Of a stretch of 64,000 nt of DNA, positions 10,334-19,414 are shown piece by piece. Origin of the DNA: Nitrospirota bacterium. Its GTDB lineage: Bacteria > Nitrospirota > UBA9217. Positions within the stretch are counted from its first letter, which is position 1. Each line of letters opens with the position of its first letter. The stretch covers positions 58,560 to 122,559 of the forward strand of contig CAWIYV010000013.1 in NCBI GenBank assembly GCA_963840455.1, read 5' to 3'. A model generated the notes under the pieces. The model did not search any database and was not told the DNA's origin. It saw only the letters and a program-made list of their open reading frames with translations. The translations under genes and the position numbers were made by a program.

Positions 10334-10470
10334 GCCCCCTACCCGCTATTTTTTCTGCTAAACTTACGTACAGGAAGTCTTGCACTACCCTCTCGTTCGG
10401 CAATCAACAATGGTGGACAGGGACAACGTTCTGTTCGAAGGCGGCAATTTCATCTCTTAAGGAGGAAGCT

Positions 10471-11277
10471 ATGAAACACCTACTGTTCGGTTTGACCATG
10501 ATCGCAATGGTCATGGTGGTGGTCGGGCCGGCAGCGGCGGCCCCCAAGATCGAGGGAAAGCCCGTGGAGTACACGGCGGGCGGCGTGACCTTGAAGGGCT
10601 ACCTTGCCTACGATGAGAACGTGAAGGACAAGCGGCCCGGCGTGCTGGTCGTACATGAGTGGTGGGGACAGAACGAGTACGTGCGCAAGCGGGCACGCAT
10701 GCTAGCCGAGCTGGGCTACACGGCCCTGGCGCTCGATATGTACGGCGAGGGGAAGATGGCGGGGCATCCCGATGAGGCAGGCAAGTTCGCTTCCGAGGTG
10801 ATGAAGAATTTCCCGGTGGCCAAGGACCGCTTCCTCGCGGCACTGGAGTTCTTGAAGAAGCAGCCAACGGTTGACCCCGACCGGATCGCGGCCATAGGCT
10901 ACTGCTTTGGCGGTGGTGTGGTGCTGAACATGGCCCGTCAGGGCGTTGACCTGAAGGGCGTGGCAAGCTTCCATGGCAGCCTGGCGGTGATCAAGCCCGA
11001 GCAGCCGACACAGATCAAGGCCGCGGTCCGGGTGTACAACGGCGCGGACGATAAGTTCTCCACTCCCGAGCAGATCGACGCGCTCAAGAAGGAGATGGCC
11101 GACCAGAAGGTAAACTTCAAGTTCGTGAACTATCCCGGCGCAGTCCACAGCTTCACGAACCCTGAGTCCACCGAGATCGGCAAGAAGTTCAAGATGCCGG
11201 TGGCCTACAACAAGGCGGCGGACAAGGCCTCGTGGGACGACATGAAGGGGTTCCTCGCGGAGATCTTCAAGAAGTAG
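10471..11277 (+). CDS. exported dienelactone hydrolase family protein
   Basis: Signal peptide; HEWWG, GYCFGG, HSFTNP. Confidence 0.9.
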   Translation: MKHLLFGLTMIAMVMVVVGPAAAAPKIEGKPVEYTAGGVTLKGYLAYDENVKDKRPGVLVVHEWWGQNEYVRKRARMLAELGYTALALDMYGEGKMAGHPDEAGKFASEVMKNFPVAKDRFLAALEFLKKQPTVDPDRIAAIGYCFGGGVVLNMARQGVDLKGVASFHGSLAVIKPEQPTQIKAAVRVYNGADDKFSTPEQIDALKKEMADQKVNFKFVNYPGAVHSFTNPESTEIGKKFKMPVAYNKAADKASWDDMKGFLAEIFKK

Positions 11278-11494
11278 CGTTTGCCGCATCATGACGCGGG
11301 CGCAGGGCGATGTGCTGCTCCTGCGCCCGTGCTGTTTCTGGCGAACCATCACCCAAAGATGAGAAGTCCCCGGTGAACAGATCGAGCTATGGTATAGTTG
11401 TTCATCAGCAGAGCTCTTCACGAAGAACAGATGGGGAGAACGAGAGCGAGGGTCTTATGACATCGTGCGAGGCAGCGCAAACCAGGAACACTCC

Positions 11495-13957
11495 ATGATC
11501 CCGCGTCCAAAACCATCAGCCGGCCCGATACCCGATGTCGCAGCCGCATCAGTCCCGGAAACGCTTTCGGCGCTCCAGGTGAACCCCGAGACCGGGCTTG
11601 CGCGCGCCGACGTGGACGCGCGCCGGAAGGAACACGGCTACAACGAAGTGGTCGAACAGAAGGGACATCCGGCCGTTCAATTCCTCGGCAAGTTCTGGGG
11701 AGTGTCGGCGTGGATGCTCGAGCTGATCATGATCCTGTCGGCCGTCCTGCGGAAATACTCGGACCTCGCCGTGGTGACCGCGCTGCTGGTCGTGAATGCC
11801 GTGCTGAGCTTTCTGCAGGAGCACCGCGCCGCCGGCGTCGTCGAGGCGCTCCGGCGGCGCCTGCAGGTCAGTGCCCGGGTGCTGCGTGATTCGAGCTGGC
11901 AGGTCATTCCCTCGCGGGAACTGGTCCCCGGCGACATTGTGCGCGTGCGCGCAGGCGATATCGTTCCGGCGGACATCAAGCTCCTGATCGGCGCGTTGAG
12001 CGTCGACCAATCGGCCCTCACCGGTGAATCCGCTGAAGTTGACAGGAAAGCAGCCGACGTGCTTTCGTCGGGGTCGATCGTCCGCCGGGGGGAAGGCAAC
12101 GGCGTGGTCATGCTGACGGGGGCGCAGACCTTCTTCGGCCGCACGACGGAACTGGTGCAGCAGGCGCGTCCAAAGCTGCACATCGAGGCAGTGGTCGCCA
12201 AGGTCGTGCGCTGGCTCTTCGGTATCGTCGGGACGCTGCTCGGCATGGTCATGGCGCTGTCGCTGGTCCGCGGCACGCCGTTCCTTGAGATGGCACCGCT
12301 CCTTCTCGTCCTGCTGATGAGCGCGGTGCCGGTCGCGCTCCCTGTCATGTTCACGGTCAGCATGGCCGTCGGGGCCAGGGAACTGGCGAAGCGCGGTGTG
12401 CTCGTCACGCGCCTCAGCGCCGCAGAGGATGCAGCGACGATGGACGTCCTGTGCGTGGACAAGACAGGCACGATCACGATGAACCGGCTGTCCGTGACCA
12501 GCGTGATCCCGCTGGAGCACGCGACGGAGGCCGACGTGCTGTTCGCAGGGGCACTTGCGTCGCAGGAGGCCAATCAGGACCCGATAGACCTGGCGTTCCT
12601 CTCCGCCGCGAGGGACCGGCACGTCTTCGACGGCGCGCCTGCGGCCACCCCGGTCTCATTCGTGCCATTTGACGCGAAGAACCGGCGGACGGAAGCCGTG
12701 ATCGAGCAGGGCGGGCAGCGGCTGCGGGTGATGAAAGGCGCCGTGCGCACCGTCGCCGCGGCCTGCGGACTCCAGGCCCCTGCCATCGAGGCGCTGGAAG
12801 CCCGGGTCAGCGAGTCGGCGCTGAAGGGATACCGGACGCTGGCAGTGGCGCGCGGCCCCGAGCAAGGCACGCCCGGACTCGTCGGACTGGTGACCTTGAA
12901 CGATCCGCCCCGGCCGGACGCCGGGAAGCTTATCGCCGCGCTTCGCGACCTCGGCGTCTCCGTCAAGATGCTCACCGGTGATGCGCTGGCGGTCGCGGGA
13001 GAGATCGCGCAGGGCATCGGGCTGCGAACGATCAGGCGCGTGGCGGACCTGAAGGCCGCGGGTGCCGAGGCCGGCAACGAGGCGGGCGATCTGCTGGCGG
13101 GGGTGGATGGTTTCGCGGAAGTATACCCGGAGGACAAGTATATTGTGGTGCAGCACCTGCAAGCCGCGGGGCACGTGGCCGGCATGACGGGCGACGGCGT
13201 CAACGATGCGCCCGCCCTGCGCCAGGCCGAGGTCGGCATAGCCGTCAGCAGCGCGACCGATGTTGCCAAGGGCGCTGCCAGCGTTGTCCTGACCGAGCCG
13301 GGGCTGACGAACATTGTGACGCTGGTCGAGCAGGGGCGGACCATCTACCAGCGGGTGCTGACGTGGATCGTCAACAAGATCAGCCGTACCATCCTGAAGG
13401 CGGCCTTTGTGGCCATCGCGTTCGTGGCGACCGGCAAGTTCGTCGTTTCCGCTTTTGCCATGCTGCTGCTGGTCTTTATGACGGACTTCGCGAAGATCTC
13501 CCTCGCCACCGACACCGTGCATCCCTCCCGAAAGCCGGAGACGTGGAACATCGGCGGCTTCATCGCGGTTGCCGTGGTGCTGGGCGCGGCAATGGTGGCG
13601 GAGACGCTTCTGGCCTTATCCATCGGCTGGTCAAGCTTCGGTCTGGCGACCAACGACAAGGCCCTGTACACCTTCAGCTTCCTGGTGCTCCTTTACTTCG
13701 CGGCCTTCTCCATCCTGTCCGTACGAGAGCGGCGATGGTTTTGGACGACCATACCGAGCAGGACCCTCGCGGCTTCCGTTACAGCGGAGTTTGTCGTGGG
13801 CACGTCCCTGACGCTCGTCGGCCTCCCGAGCCTCGAGCCGCTGCCCTGGTGGCAGATGCTCGCACTATTCGCCTATGCGATGTTCTCGTGCCTCGTCGTG
13901 AACGACGCCGTGAAGGTCGCGATGATCAAGTGGCTCGTTCCTGGTGCGGTCAGATAG
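11495..13957 (+). CDS. type IIIA (plasma-membrane H+-efflux type) P-type ATPase
   Basis: DQSALTGES, PVALP in TM4, DKTGT, DPID, MLTGD, TGDGVNDAPAL, TM6 Asp (MTDF); start uncertain (11465 or 11495). Confidence 0.88.
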   Translation: MIPRPKPSAGPIPDVAAASVPETLSALQVNPETGLARADVDARRKEHGYNEVVEQKGHPAVQFLGKFWGVSAWMLELIMILSAVLRKYSDLAVVTALLVVNAVLSFLQEHRAAGVVEALRRRLQVSARVLRDSSWQVIPSRELVPGDIVRVRAGDIVPADIKLLIGALSVDQSALTGESAEVDRKAADVLSSGSIVRRGEGNGVVMLTGAQTFFGRTTELVQQARPKLHIEAVVAKVVRWLFGIVGTLLGMVMALSLVRGTPFLEMAPLLLVLLMSAVPVALPVMFTVSMAVGARELAKRGVLVTRLSAAEDAATMDVLCVDKTGTITMNRLSVTSVIPLEHATEADVLFAGALASQEANQDPIDLAFLSAARDRHVFDGAPAATPVSFVPFDAKNRRTEAVIEQGGQRLRVMKGAVRTVAAACGLQAPAIEALEARVSESALKGYRTLAVARGPEQGTPGLVGLVTLNDPPRPDAGKLIAALRDLGVSVKMLTGDALAVAGEIAQGIGLRTIRRVADLKAAGAEAGNEAGDLLAGVDGFAEVYPEDKYIVVQHLQAAGHVAGMTGDGVNDAPALRQAEVGIAVSSATDVAKGAASVVLTEPGLTNIVTLVEQGRTIYQRVLTWIVNKISRTILKAAFVAIAFVATGKFVVSAFAMLLLVFMTDFAKISLATDTVHPSRKPETWNIGGFIAVAVVLGAAMVAETLLALSIGWSSFGLATNDKALYTFSFLVLLYFAAFSILSVRERRWFWTTIPSRTLAASVTAEFVVGTSLTLVGLPSLEPLPWWQMLALFAYAMFSCLVVNDAVKVAMIKWLVPGAVR

Positions 13958-14086
13958 AACGCGGGTCGAGGGTGCAGGGGGTGGACAGCGTGGCAGCATG
14001 CCGCCTGACCACGGGCATGACGGCAGACGCGCAAGATCACCGCTCCTCAAGGGAAGCCTTCTGTCCATGAAAGGAAACATCTCCCC

Positions 14087-14452
14087 ATGACCGAGATGGT
14101 TGCATACTGCGGCCTGACCTGCCAGACCTGTCCGATCTACCTGGCAACAAGGCAGGAGAACAAAGAGGAACGATTGCTCATGAGGACCGAGATCGTCCGG
14201 CTGTGCAAAGAGCTCTATGGCATGCCGTATGAATTGAAGGACATCACGGACTGCGACGGCTGCCGGACAGAAGGCGGGAGATTGTTCTCAGGATGCACGA
14301 CCTGTGCTGTGAGGAACTGCGCGGGGAAGAAAGGGCTTGAGAACTGCGCCTATTGCCCTGACTATGCCTGCAAGGAGCTCCTGGCGTTCTTCGGGAAGGA
14401 CCCGGGTGCGAAGACACGTTTGGACCAGATACGACAAGCGCGTCAGAGTTAG
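14087..14452 (+). CDS. DUF3795-like Cys-rich protein
   Basis: AYCGLTCQTCP, CDGCR, C..CAVRNC, NCAYCPDYAC. Confidence 0.8.
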   Translation: MTEMVAYCGLTCQTCPIYLATRQENKEERLLMRTEIVRLCKELYGMPYELKDITDCDGCRTEGGRLFSGCTTCAVRNCAGKKGLENCAYCPDYACKELLAFFGKDPGAKTRLDQIRQARQS

Positions 14453-14496
14453 ATGGCATTCGGTAATGATCGAGCTGCCAGCGAAGGTGTGATCAC

Positions 14497-15207
14497 ATGC
14501 CCATGACTGTACAGAAGATCCAACAACGATTACGCCGGTTCGCGAGCGCAGAGAAGGCCGCGTTGCTCCAGCGGTTCTTCAAGACCGGGCCGGGGCAGTA
14601 CGGCGAAGGGGACCGGTTCCTCGGCGTCATGGTGCCGAACATCAGGCTGGTGGTGAAGGAGTTCCGGGACGCGCCGCTTCCCGAGGTGGAGAAGCTCATG
14701 CGCTCTGCCTGGCACGAGGAACGGGTGCTGGCGCTCCTGATCCTGGTGGACCAGTTCGAGAGGGGCGATGATGCGCTTCGCAAGAAGATCTATCAGCTCT
14801 ACTTAAAGAACACCCGCTATATCAATAACTGGGACCTCGTGGACCTCTCGGCGCCGAAGATCGTTGGGCCCTACCTGGACGGCGGCTCCCGCGTGCTGCT
14901 CTACCGCTTTGTCAGGTCAAAGAACCTCTGGGAGCGGCGCATCGCCATCCTCGCGACCTTCCCGTATATCCGGAATGCTGACTTCGTCGATGCCTTGTCG
15001 ATTGCCGAGAAGCTGCTGGCCGACGATGAGGACCTGATGCACAAGGCCGTTGGCTGGATGCTGCGTGAGGTGGGGAAGAAAGACGTTGCTGTCCTCGAAA
15101 GCTTCCTCAAGAAGCACCATCGGAAGATGCCGCGCACTGCGCTCCGCTACGCCATCGAGCGGTTCCCGGAAACAAAGCGGAAGAGATACTTGAACGGAAT
15201 CTTTTAG
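14497..15207 (+). CDS. DNA alkylation repair protein (AlkD-like)
   Basis: FFKTGPGQYGEGD, NNWDLVD, HKAVGWMLRE, MPRTALRYAIE. Confidence 0.9.
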   Translation: MPMTVQKIQQRLRRFASAEKAALLQRFFKTGPGQYGEGDRFLGVMVPNIRLVVKEFRDAPLPEVEKLMRSAWHEERVLALLILVDQFERGDDALRKKIYQLYLKNTRYINNWDLVDLSAPKIVGPYLDGGSRVLLYRFVRSKNLWERRIAILATFPYIRNADFVDALSIAEKLLADDEDLMHKAVGWMLREVGKKDVAVLESFLKKHHRKMPRTALRYAIERFPETKRKRYLNGIF

Positions 15208-15272
15208 CCACGGATGAACAGGTCTGCACACGGACGGAACAACAAACAACAACAAACCTCAAACTTTATCTC

Positions 15273-15370
15273 ACCGCAGAGGGCGCAGAGCGCGCTGAGA
15301 AAAGAAGAAGCAATGAAGACATTTTTCCCCCGTCAATGCCTTTCTCTGCGGTCTCAGCGTTCTCTGCGGT
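15273..15370. repeat. family C long palindrome
   Basis: accgcagagggcgcagagcgcgctgaga / tctctgcggtctcagcgttctctgcggt. Confidence 0.75.
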
Positions 15371-15424
15371 AAAAGTTTAGTGCTGTTGGATTATTCGATG
15401 TTGCATCATAGCAGAAGAGGTCTC

Positions 15425-15901
15425 ATGATCATCTCCATCATCGCAGCAATGGACGAGAACCACGTCATCGGCCGGGGCAACAGGCTCCCCTGGCATTTAC
15501 CCGTTGACTTGCGGCGGTTTCGCATGCTTACCCTGGGCCACCCGATCATCATGGGGCGAAAGACCTACGAGAGCATCGGCAAACCGCTGGACGGCAGGAA
15601 GAACATCGTGATCACTCGCCAGGCCGGGTATCATGTGAAAGGCTGCATCGTTGTGCATGACCTTCCGTCGGCCTTTGAGGCATGCGGAGATGTGGAAGAG
15701 GCCTTTGTGCTGGGCGGAGAGAAATTGTTCCGCGATATATTGCCCATTGCGGACAAGGTCTATCTGACGGTCGTGAAGACGCGGGTCGAGGGCGATGCCC
15801 TGTTTCCTGCTATCCCCGACGATCTCGAACTGGTGTCGCGCCAGGAAGCGCAGGATGTGTTCCCGCTAGAGTTTCGGCTGTATGAGCGGAGGAAAGATTG
15901 A
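15425..15901 (+). CDS. folA: dihydrofolate reductase
   Basis: IIAAMDENHVIG..NRLPWHLP.DL, IMGRKTYESIGKPL, GDALFP. Confidence 0.93.
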   Translation: MIISIIAAMDENHVIGRGNRLPWHLPVDLRRFRMLTLGHPIIMGRKTYESIGKPLDGRKNIVITRQAGYHVKGCIVVHDLPSAFEACGDVEEAFVLGGEKLFRDILPIADKVYLTVVKTRVEGDALFPAIPDDLELVSRQEAQDVFPLEFRLYERRKD

Positions 15902-16206
15902 GGTAAGAGCACTGGTGTAAATGAAGAATCACCTCTTCATGTGATCACATAGTATCGATTGTATAATGTATTTTATGATATAGTTCTTGAACAATAACTT
16001 CTTCCTGTAGTCGTTGAAGTTTCCATTCACTGCAATATTCAATGTTTCATGCAGTAATTGTTAATCCCTCAACTACCAGTCCTCTAACAGTGCTCCAGTG
16101 ACTACCAAAGCCTGGGATAGACTCTTCGTATACGAGGTAAGACTTTCCATTATCCTCTTCATATTTTCTCAAATGCAATATCTTGTATAGTTGCAGGCCA
16201 TGGAAA

Positions 16207-16235
16207 TTGACGACTCCATATATATGTGATTTAAT
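16207..16235 (+). promoter_or_regulatory. sigma70-type promoter upstream of riboswitch 1
   Basis: TTGACG-N17-TTTAAT; the 17-mer TGGAAATTGACGACTCC recurs upstream of riboswitch 3. Confidence 0.55.
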
Positions 16236-16243
16236 TTAACTAG

Positions 16244-16358
16244 CCCGACAAAGCCAAGTCTCTCGCGAGAGGGATACGGAAAGCGGCGGATCTTAGAAGA
16301 TCAAGATGGCCGAGCTGCCGAAGGATAATCCTTTGGTATGCTCGGCCATTTACTTTTT
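16244..16358 (+). ncRNA. GEMM-I (c-di-GMP-I family) riboswitch 1 with overlapping terminator
   Basis: cgacaaagccaa-P2 (GCGA loop)-acggaaagc-P3-ggccgagctgccgaa; ATGGCCGAGC/GCTCGGCCAT hairpin plus T-tract; P2 base somewhat degenerate. Confidence 0.75.
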
Positions 16359-16438
16359 AAGAAGAGTTGTGGGTCAACCATCACTGGTGTTATGAATGAT
16401 CATTGTGGTGCATCTCCGGAGCTAAAAGGAGGTCAAAA

Positions 16439-16681
16439 ATGACTATCCATGATGAAGTCGCAGTTGTTGCTTATGATCTGTTTGAAGCGAGAGGCCGTAT
16501 CCCCGTTCGAGATTTTGATGATTGGCTCGATGCCGAACGGATCGTATTAGCCAGGCACGCCGGGCAGGACTTAGAGGAACCCGAAGAGGAAGACGGTCCG
16601 GAGGAAACGGCTGAGGTGAAGACAACAAAAGCATCTGAAGAGTCTGATGCCGAGGAAAACCAAGAGGCCTCTTTCGACTGA
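16439..16681 (+). CDS. DUF2934-like small acidic protein
   Basis: VAVVAYDLFEARGR....DFDDWLDAE; AGGAGG RBS. Confidence 0.8.
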   Translation: MTIHDEVAVVAYDLFEARGRIPVRDFDDWLDAERIVLARHAGQDLEEPEEEDGPEETAEVKTTKASEESDAEENQEASFD

Positions 16682-16796
16682 TCGTACCGGCTCTCGGGAC
16701 TTTTGATGGCCATGGCTTAATATGTTTTTGTTTGAATGATGGCGATGGAGTTCGCCTATCACGTGGGCCCACATCCGTTGTAAAGGAGGTGGAGCC

Positions 16797-16946
16797 ATGT
16801 CACATACGTGGGAATTAAGAGAGGGAAAGGTGATGGTGGTCGAGGATGCCAACACTGCGTCGCTCGTTGTGGTTGCCAGGGATCTGAAGGACCGGAACGA
16901 CAAGATCGCAGTGCTGGAAGAGATCATTCGCAAACTCCGGACCTAA
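16797..16946 (+). CDS. 49-aa hypothetical protein missing from the ORF track
   Basis: AAAGGAGGT RBS; MSHTWELREGKVMVVEDANTASLVVVARDLKDRNDKIAVLEEIIRKLRT. Confidence 0.6.
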   Translation: MSHTWELREGKVMVVEDANTASLVVVARDLKDRNDKIAVLEEIIRKLRT

Positions 16947-17117
16947 TCGTGAGGGTCCTCTTCGGGTTGGCCCTGACAATCGCTTCAACGAGGCGTGCAG
17001 GAATCCTCGGCTATCATGAAACCCTAAGGCGCTTTACTATCAGTGCTTTCTCTTGCTTTTTGCTATGCTTTGATTAGCCATTAAGTAATCATTTTTCAGT
17101 ATTTGCGAATTGATGGC

Positions 17118-17230
17118 TCCCGACAAAGCTAAACCCATCGCGAGATGGTGACGGAAAGCGACGGGTCTTACAAGTCTAAGATGGCCGAGCTGCCGAAGGA
17201 TGATGCTTTCGGTATGCTCGGCTTCTTTTA
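17118..17230 (+). ncRNA. GEMM-I (c-di-GMP-I family) riboswitch 2 with overlapping terminator
   Basis: cgacaaagctaaacccatcGCGAgatggtgacggaaagcgacgggtctta...taagatggccgagctgccgaa; terminator hairpin plus TTCTTTT. Confidence 0.88.
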
Positions 17231-17298
17231 TTATGATATGAGGGATGGCGAAAAAAAATAAGTTTGTAGTTATCTCACACGAAAAGGAGGTACAAGCC

Positions 17299-17940
17299 AT
17301 GTGTAGGAAAGAGCTATTTGTTATTGGTGCAGCAATCGTGATAGTAACAGCTGTAATGATGTTCTTTCCAGTGACGGGAACCGCAGACAGTACAGGCCCA
17401 CCCACTCCGCCCATACTGAACGAGGTCCTCAATAAACTGGACAACATCCAAGGCCAACTGGACAACATCCCTCCGGCATGGAGTCAGAAACTTCAGTGCG
17501 ATGCAACAGCATGTCCCAGGTTTGACCTGGTTATGGATGGAACAGCCGTGCTTGACCATGAAACAGGCCTTGTGTGGCAAAAGGTGGTGAATAATGCTCT
17601 ATGGACGTGGGCAGGCGCTATTAATCAGTGTAACTATATAAATACCGGTGAACGGTGGGGATGGCACCTCCCGACAGTAGAGCAATTAGAGAGTCTCATA
17701 GCTCGTAGGCCAGCGGGAGTGGCACCGAAACTGCCAGAGGGACATCCGTTTATTGATGTATTGATTGACACACACTACTGGACAGCTACTACGTACACAG
17801 GTCTTCCAGGGGAAGCCTATGTATTGTCTTTTGGCGCAGGCCCAATCTTAGACAGATTACAAGGACTGGACAAGGGAGCATTGAGACCCGGATGGTGTGT
17901 GCGAGGGGGACAATTCCTCAAGCATGATCAGTATCAGTGA
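17299..17940 (+). CDS. exported DUF1566 (Lcl C-terminal domain) protein
   Basis: N-terminal hydrophobic segment; VLDHETGLVWQ, WHLPTVEQLESL, YWTAT, WCVRGG. Confidence 0.85.
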   Translation: MCRKELFVIGAAIVIVTAVMMFFPVTGTADSTGPPTPPILNEVLNKLDNIQGQLDNIPPAWSQKLQCDATACPRFDLVMDGTAVLDHETGLVWQKVVNNALWTWAGAINQCNYINTGERWGWHLPTVEQLESLIARRPAGVAPKLPEGHPFIDVLIDTHYWTATTYTGLPGEAYVLSFGAGPILDRLQGLDKGALRPGWCVRGGQFLKHDQYQ

Positions 17941-18130
17941 TTTTATTCGATTTATTTAATGCTTTGTCTTCGGGGATGCAGAGGGGAACCGAAAGGCTCC
18001 TCCACTGTTTCAACCGGTATTCTGCACCTCCAGTTTGACGACTGCCGTTGCAAGCTTGTAGGTGAAGGTGAGGATATCTTGACAGGTGGTACAGTACCAA
18101 GAAACTGGTTGAAGTGCGTACCACTTAACA

Positions 18131-18170
18131 AATAAACCCCGGCTGGGTAATAGAGCCGGGGTTTATTATT
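18131..18170. terminator. bidirectional intrinsic terminator
   Basis: AATAAACCCCGGCT / AGCCGGGGTTTATT between convergent genes. Confidence 0.8.
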
Positions 18171-18200
18171 CAGTCCTCTGTTTACCGCTTCTCGGAAGTA

Positions 18201-18701
18201 CTACTGTTTCGGTTGTTCTGCGGGTACAGCCGGCGCAGCTGGTGCTACCGGTGACGTCGGAGCCGCAGGCGGGATGGCGAGGGTTCCAGCAGGCGCCGCT
18301 GCAGCGGGCGTCACCGCGCCGCCCTGCTGGGCAGCGGGACCGGGCAGGGGCTCGGTGGGCTTGAACTTGTTCGGCGAGAAGTTGGGATTGATCTCATAGG
18401 CCCGGTCGAAGAACTCGGCGGAGCGCTGCCTGGCATCCTCATCGCCTGCCCTGCCTTTCAGGTAACAGGCATAACCCGCATAGTACAGCGCTTCCGCCTC
18501 GATATCGGGAGACATGGCGGCTGCCTCCTCGAACGCCTCGACGGCAGCGTCGTATTTTTTCTGTTTGACCAGTGAGAGCCCCTTTTCGACACTGGCAGTG
18601 GCGCCCTTCGTGTCAAAGAGCTCTTCTTCGGCAGCATAGGCGGCAGGAGCGGCGATGGACAGCAGCATGAGGACAAGAACTGACGAGATAATTCCCCGCA
18701 T
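18201..18701 (-). CDS. exported TPR-containing protein with Pro/Ala-rich tail
   Basis: Signal peptide, TPR-like helices, GGGAGG RBS. Confidence 0.75.
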   Translation of the reverse strand: MRGIISSVLVLMLLSIAAPAAYAAEEELFDTKGATASVEKGLSLVKQKKYDAAVEAFEEAAAMSPDIEAEALYYAGYACYLKGRAGDEDARQRSAEFFDRAYEINPNFSPNKFKPTEPLPGPAAQQGGAVTPAAAAPAGTLAIPPAAPTSPVAPAAPAVPAEQPKQ

Positions 18702-18802
18702 AGAGGCCTCCCTCAAGTGAATTGATGCAGTAACATTATCATGCCTTGGATATCCCTGTCAATGCCTCTCCCCGGTCAATTTTGTTGAGCGCCGCTTGCG
18801 TG

Positions 18803-18976
18803 CGACAGAATTGTCGATTGCGGAATCGGCCTTATCCTTCTGAAAAACCACGATAAGCGACGACCAACCGGTGCAACCGCCCGACAATAGTGTCGTATCC
18901 CTATTCTGTCCTTTCGCACTCTGCGCATGTAACGCCATATAAAATCAAGGTTTTGTAATATGGCATGACAGTTGTA
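18803..18976 (+). promoter_or_regulatory. probable sigma54 promoter with two palindromic upstream sites and an IHF-like site
   Basis: CGACA-N4-TGTCG at 18803-18816 and 18882-18895; AATCAAggttTTG at 18943-18955; TGGCATG-N4-TTGTA at 18961-18976. Confidence 0.65.
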
Positions 18977-19052
18977 ATAGGAATGGTCAAGAAGCCGGAC
19001 GGGATCATCGTTCGAGCCTCAGATCATAAATGAATATTGCAAGGAGGTTGCC

Positions 19053-19391
19053 ATGTTCTTTCAATCACAGGGATTTGATAACATAACGCCGGACGGTCTC
19101 CAGGAAAAAATGGAGAAGGGAGACGATTTCCTTCTGCTCGACGTCAGGAGCCCGGGAGAATACGCGACAGACGCCATCGAAGGGTCCCGTCTCCTGCCGG
19201 TGCAGGAGCTTTCCTTCCGTGTCCGGGAACTCCCCCGCGACAAGGAGATCATCGTGTACTGCAGGGTCGGGAACCGGAGCGCCTTCGCGGCGTCCTATCT
19301 CAGCCGGCTGGGATACACGGTGAAGAACCTGGAAGGCGGGATCCTCGCCTGGAACATGGCGCAGGAAAACGCATTCGCGGCAGTGTCATAA
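19053..19391 (+). CDS. single-domain rhodanese (sulfurtransferase)
   Basis: LLDVRSPGEY, YCRVGNRS, NLEGGILAW. Confidence 0.9.
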   Translation: MFFQSQGFDNITPDGLQEKMEKGDDFLLLDVRSPGEYATDAIEGSRLLPVQELSFRVRELPRDKEIIVYCRVGNRSAFAASYLSRLGYTVKNLEGGILAWNMAQENAFAAVS

Positions 19392-19414
19392 CGACGCAGG
19401 GAGCGGATAACACT

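Noticed and set aside
10334-10470. tmRNA next to smpB
   Set aside because: No GGGG 5' end or TTCGA..CCACCA 3' end, and the gap is too short
15902-16200. AT-rich stretch as a gene or TGA-readthrough ORF on the minus strand
   Set aside because: One frame is open apart from a single TGA, but it has no convincing start, RBS or recognisable motif; at most a remnant
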